Assembly (NCBI GenBank): GCA_001816585.1
Contig: MHCJ01000006.1
Coordinates: forward strand, 64,040 to 128,039
Length of the DNA: 64,000 nt
From: Candidatus Chisholmbacteria bacterium RIFCSPHIGHO2_01_FULL_52_32
Lineage (GTDB): Bacteria > Patescibacteriota > Microgenomatia > UBA1400 > Chisholmbacteraceae
Direction: 5' to 3'
Shown here: one piece after another, positions 60,061 to 64,000 of the stretch
Position numbering within the stretch: position 1 is the first letter of the stretch
Layout of the letters: each line of letters starts with the position of its first letter
The notes under the pieces: model-generated
What the model was told of the DNA's origin: nothing
The model's database searches: none
The model's input: the letters and a program-made list of their open reading frames with translations, nothing else
Made by a program: the position numbers and the translations under genes

Positions 60061-61277
60061 CCAATGATTTACAATCGGCTTTTAAATCGACTTCTAGAGA
60101 TTGGAAACAGAAGAAAAAGGGGCTTAGACGGCAAGAAAGCATGAGTTCATGGGGTTTATCAAGTTTACGCTCATACCGTCCACCACGGCAAACAGTAAGA
60201 GACGCTGCTTTTAAAGTTATGAAAGATGCAATAAACAAAGCAAGCGAAAATGGACGTTACTTTGCTAATGCTCGCCAGATCATGTATGCTGCGAGGCCTT
60301 TAGTACTTGAGATAACGAGGGGCGAAATATGGAAAGATTCAGCATACTTTACTCAAACTTTACTTAAAGATTATATCGAACAATATGGCGGTGGAGAAAA
60401 GATTGTTTGGGATGCTCGGGGACATTTAATCGAACCACACACAAAAAAGGTCATACCACTAGGAGGTATTGATGTATTAAAGTACATCAACGACTGGAAC
60501 AGTAAATTTGATATATACGAAGATAGTATTGTACCGAAAGGTATTAAAACTGTTGGACCTAAACTCAGATACGGTGGCGTGCTCTTTATCGAAAAAGAGG
60601 GATTTTCAGAAATTCTTGATGACGCCAGAATTGCGGAAAGATTTGATATCGCCATCATGTCAACCAAAGGGCTCCCTGTTGGTGCTGCATGTAGATTAGT
60701 TTCAGAGCTGGCCGCAGGATCTAAAATTCTTGTCCTTCACGATTTTGATTTGGCTGGATTCAAGATTCTCCAAACTCTAAAGTGTGGTACAAGACTAGCA
60801 CCTAGCACGGAAATTACAGATATTGGCCTACGAATAGACGATGTTTTAAAACTCCAATCTGAGGTTGTTGATTATAAACAATGTATTGATCCAAAAATTT
60901 ATTTACGAAATTGCGGTGCAACCAAAGAAGAATGCGATTTCCTGGTTGAAAAACAAGTTTTTCAGAAAAAATGGATCGGAAAACGAGTAGAGCTGAACGC
61001 CATGACTTCAAAACAACTAATTGACTGGCTTGAACAAAAATTACTCGACCATGGTATCAGTAAGGTAATCCCCGACAAAGCAACACTATCCAAAGCCTAT
61101 CAAAGAGCTAGTTATTGCCTTACGCTTCAAGAGGAAATTGAACTAATAAAAGAAGAATTTGATATCGAAGCTGTCAAAATTCCAAAAGATCTATCCAAAC
61201 AAGTGAAAAAAAGAATAATAAATAGTCAACTCTCTTGGGATAAAGCTGTCTGGAATATAGTTTTTGGAGAAAAATGA
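60051..61277 (+). CDS. Topoisomerase VI subunit A/Spo11-like protein (WHD + TOPRIM)
   Basis: ARQIMY putative catalytic Tyr; IEKEG, STKG, HDFD..G and RVELNA motifs. Confidence 0.85.
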   Translation: MSLTNDLQSAFKSTSRDWKQKKKGLRRQESMSSWGLSSLRSYRPPRQTVRDAAFKVMKDAINKASENGRYFANARQIMYAARPLVLEITRGEIWKDSAYFTQTLLKDYIEQYGGGEKIVWDARGHLIEPHTKKVIPLGGIDVLKYINDWNSKFDIYEDSIVPKGIKTVGPKLRYGGVLFIEKEGFSEILDDARIAERFDIAIMSTKGLPVGAACRLVSELAAGSKILVLHDFDLAGFKILQTLKCGTRLAPSTEITDIGLRIDDVLKLQSEVVDYKQCIDPKIYLRNCGATKEECDFLVEKQVFQKKWIGKRVELNAMTSKQLIDWLEQKLLDHGISKVIPDKATLSKAYQRASYCLTLQEEIELIKEEFDIEAVKIPKDLSKQVKKRIINSQLSWDKAVWNIVFGEK

Positions 61278-61300
61278 AAGGTTAAGTAGAAGATTTAAGT

Positions 61301-61770
61301 TCGACAATAGTCGAGGGGTCGCAAGAGACCAAGGTTAAGGAGTCAAAACTGGCAAAATCGATGATATAAGCCAGTAAGACTTCCATATCGAAGTTAAACG
61401 GTATCGGAGCCCTGCAGTAAAGGCGGTAGCCAAACGCAAACACTGAAAATGAAACAGGGGTCTTATCCAGATGCTCGCTTATAAAGCGTAACCGTCGTAG
61501 AAGTGCGAGTGAGAAGGATTACAGCTCACCTTGCCTCTGAGGCGACAACTTAAAGCAGAAGCGGGATGAATCTACTAGCTAATCTAGTTACAACAAGTAG
61601 CAGGCTGCACACTGATCAATTCAGAATGGCATAAGTAGGAAGTTGCCTTCAAGTCTCGTAAACTAGGATTAAGCTTCATGGAGTGGTAAAGCTACACCTG
61701 GACACGTTAGAACATGAGGAGTTGTTCAAGAACCGTTTATTTCTCTTGCGACTGCAGTTTATAGCTGTAG
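61301..61770 (+). ncRNA. Candidate large structured non-coding RNA (~450 nt, unassigned)
   Basis: No ORF of 60 aa or more; perfect 11 bp helix 61318-28/61742-52, nested 8 bp helix and many internal stems. Confidence 0.7.
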
Positions 61771-62135
61771 GGATTAATACTGCTTATAAGACAAACATTA
61801 TCGTAATATTTTTTCAAACACATACTCTTAAAAATTTAAAAAACTAACTTTTCGTACTTATCATAATTGAGCCTAACTGTCGTTTTATTAGATATATTTA
61901 GCCTCATTTAGCCTGAAATCATAAGAGCGGTTATAAATTGTGGTTTCCCGCCTTATGATAGCCACTACCGCCCTTTTGATAATTCATAAAGTCGGTTGTC
62001 AGCAAATATACAACCTTCCTCCTATTTCAGTCGTCTGAACTCCTGTTTTCTTCAATCCAATATTGACAGCCGCCATCTTGCTCTTGACTTTCACTCGGGG
62101 TTCTGTTCCCCTAGGGGGCATGTCTCATTTAGCCA

Positions 62136-62164
62136 TTGCATACGGGATAATTTTTTACTATACT
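62136..62164 (+). promoter_or_regulatory. Sigma70-type promoter of the recombinase operon
   Basis: TTGCAT, 17 nt spacer, TATACT. Confidence 0.6.
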
Positions 62165-62220
62165 GTTATTAAGTTTTTAATAAGACTCAACTCGGGTCTT
62201 ATAGGTAGAGTAAAAGTTTT

Positions 62221-62269
62221 AGGTATAGTTTCAGAGGCACATTTCGTGCCAAAGACTATACCTTTTTTT
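62221..62269 (+). terminator. Leader terminator/attenuator upstream of the recombinase operon
   Basis: AGGTATAGT/ACTATACCT stem with inner GGCAC/GTGCC, followed by a T-run. Confidence 0.6.
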
Positions 62270-62289
62270 GTTATTTAGGAGGTAAAAGT

Positions 62290-62484
62290 ATGCAGTATAT
62301 AAAAGATATAAGAACAGAGGACTATTTGGATCTTCTGGCAACTAGACTGGCCGAGATAAAACTGTCGGAGTTAGGTTACCGATTTATCCCCGGAATTTAT
62401 CCGGTATTTAGACACCTCAAGCGCTTTATTGAAGCCAGAGCCAGAATCATTACACCCCAGAAAGGAGGTCGAACTGTATGTTAA
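62290..62484 (+). CDS. Small hypothetical protein
   Basis: AGGAGG RBS; overlaps the next small ORF. Confidence 0.7.
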   Translation: MQYIKDIRTEDYLDLLATRLAEIKLSELGYRFIPGIYPVFRHLKRFIEARARIITPQKGGRTVC

Positions 62485-62618
62485 AAGCAATTTCTTACTA
62501 TAGAAAATCTTCTGATAAAAATGGGTCGAAAGTCGGATTAAATAAAAATGTCCAGCTCAAAGTACTTAAAAGTTATTTAAAAAAGAAAGGAGGTAGTGTC
62601 GTATGTCCAAAGCAGTAA
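62478..62618 (+). CDS. 46 aa ORF resembling the N-terminus of a serine recombinase (not in ORF track)
   Basis: Manual translation MLKAISYYRKSSDK...VQLKVLKSYLKKKG; AGGAGG RBS. Confidence 0.55.
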   Translation: MLKAISYYRKSSDKNGSKVGLNKNVQLKVLKSYLKKKGGSVVCPKQ

Positions 62619-64000
62619 TTTATTCCCGAGTATCAACCGAGGAACAAGCCAACGAAGGCAAATCAATTGAGGTCCAAATTGATCTTTGCCGAAAGTGGGC
62701 TAAAGAGAACAAATACTCGGTTGTTGGAGTTTACCCGGAACCAGGGAGAAGCGCCACCACGCTTAAGGGTAGAGTCGGTCTTCAAGAAGCAATTGCTCAA
62801 TGTCAGGATGAAAAAATTGACGCCCTGCTGGTTATGGATACAGATAGGTTAGCTCGTAATCCTGCAGATCATTTCTTTATTAAAAAGGCTTTGGCAAAAG
62901 GTGGCACAAGACTTGTTGCTGTCAACCAACCAATGATTAATGACTCTGCTGAAGGAAACTTAATCGAGGCAGTTTTAGCGGGTATGAATGCTTTTCAATC
63001 TGAAATCACCGGAAGAAAAGTTAAAAAGAGCTTAGAAAAAAAGTGTCAGGAAGGCTGGTGGCCGGGCTGGGCACCACTTGGCTATATCAATATCAATAAA
63101 GGCTCTGATGATAAACCGATAAGAATTGTAGAAATCGATCCGGAGCGTGGGCCTTTGATAACTGAGTTTTTCAGACTCTACTCAACCGGCAACTATAGCA
63201 TAGACGCTTTAGTTGATATTTTGTTTAACATGGGGCTTCGCTCAAGACAGGGAAAAAGGGTTTACCGCAGTATTTTATACAATGTCCTTAAAAACGTCTT
63301 TTATATTGGAATGCTTAAGTTTAACGGCCAGATTTACAAGGGCAACCACCAACCCTTAACCACGCCTGAAATCTTTGAAAACTGCCAAAAAACATCTCAA
63401 CTGCATAATAAAAACGCTTGCCGAAGAAGAAAATACCGCTGGCTTTTAAACGGTTTTGTTTACTGCGGTTCTTGTAACACCCGCCTATACACCAGCTGGA
63501 ACCATAAAAAGAAAAAGGGCTACTATCACGGTAGTGTCAGAAACGGCTGTAACCATTATATTGGTTTGGATGAGCTAGAAGAGAAAGTAGCAAACCAACT
63601 TAAGAAAATCCAGTTTTCCGAAAGTTTCAGTCAGCGGGTTATTGACAAAGCCAAAGAACTGGTTAAGCGGTCACGGGAAGCTCGAGATGAGGAAATCCAG
63701 GCTCTAAGAAACAAAGTTAAGGCCCTCGAAGTAAAGAGAAACACGCTCGAGGATAACTTACTAGACCAAACCATCGATAAAGAGACTTTCAAACGTAAAC
63801 ATAACGAGCTAGAGCTTCAGATCCAAAACCTAGAGAATGATATTGCCACCATTGAAAACCAATCCGGTTTTGACGTCGACGTCATTTCCGATATCTTAAG
63901 CCTTACCCAAAACGTTTATGAAACTTACAAAAGGGCTAATTTCGAGGCTAAAAAGCACTATTTATCGATTTTCTTTGAAAGATTAGAAGTCAAAGACAAA
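62603..64000 (+). CDS. Large serine recombinase, 3'-truncated by the window edge (not in ORF track)
   Basis: Manual translation MSKAVIYSRVSTEEQ...DRLAR...APLGY...CGSC, then coiled coil; AGGAGG RBS. Confidence 0.93.
   Translation, partial: MSKAVIYSRVSTEEQANEGKSIEVQIDLCRKWAKENKYSVVGVYPEPGRSATTLKGRVGLQEAIAQCQDEKIDALLVMDTDRLARNPADHFFIKKALAKGGTRLVAVNQPMINDSAEGNLIEAVLAGMNAFQSEITGRKVKKSLEKKCQEGWWPGWAPLGYININKGSDDKPIRIVEIDPERGPLITEFFRLYSTGNYSIDALVDILFNMGLRSRQGKRVYRSILYNVLKNVFYIGMLKFNGQIYKGNHQPLTTPEIFENCQKTSQLHNKNACRRRKYRWLLNGFVYCGSCNTRLYTSWNHKKKKGYYHGSVRNGCNHYIGLDELEEKVANQLKKIQFSESFSQRVIDKAKELVKRSREARDEEIQALRNKVKALEVKRNTLEDNLLDQTIDKETFKRKHNELELQIQNLENDIATIENQSGFDVDVISDILSLTQNVYETYKRANFEAKKHYLSIFFERLEVKDK

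Larger units (their letters stand above)
44130..64000. mobile_element. Integrated defence island with large serine recombinase (left edge approximate, right edge outside window)
   Basis: Visible shift to AT-rich sequence after purB; R-M and nuclease cargo, excisionase-like HTH and recombinase; no att repeat identified. Confidence 0.75.

Noticed and set aside
61918-61959. Inverted repeat ATCATAAG..GCGG/CCGC..CTTATGAT as an att or transposon end
   Set aside because: No partner copy or transposase in the window; function cannot be assigned.

Overview
Bacterial chromosomal window in three parts. Gene content and repeat style resemble a small-genome Patescibacteria/CPR (Microgenomates-like) organism; that assignment is inference only. 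(1) 1-32 kb is housekeeping: class A PBP, cmk, PfkB/LOG/rpe/rpiB, a thiol-redox and Fe-S cluster (ccdA, DipZ-like, Crp/Fnr, DsbA, ferredoxin plus reductase, sufCBDSU with an Rrf2 regulator and operator), mutY, class II aldolase and ORFans. sufB is broken by a frameshifting deletion at the known intein site. mutY carries an in-frame insertion of a ~180 bp covarying structured repeat that recurs at 28.2 kb. (2) 32-44 kb is accessory: BrnT/BrnA-type TA pair, Fic, a SAM riboswitch in front of an ORFan, and a purB-purA-guaB-like operon. (3) ~44.1 kb to the window end is an AT-rich integrated defence island: type I R-M with an RloC-like gene between hsdS and hsdR, a GmrSD-HEPN fusion, a PD-(D/E)XK nuclease, an Mrr-like gene preceded by a pseudoknotted RNA, and a large serine recombinase cut off by the window edge. 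The best candidate for an undescribed system lies in this island: an operon of HTH-nuclease, topoisomerase VIB-like and VIA-like genes, followed directly by a ~450 nt ORF-free, multi-stem RNA-like element closed by a perfect 11-bp long-range helix. All calls come from reading motifs and base pairing by eye; no database search or folding program was run.
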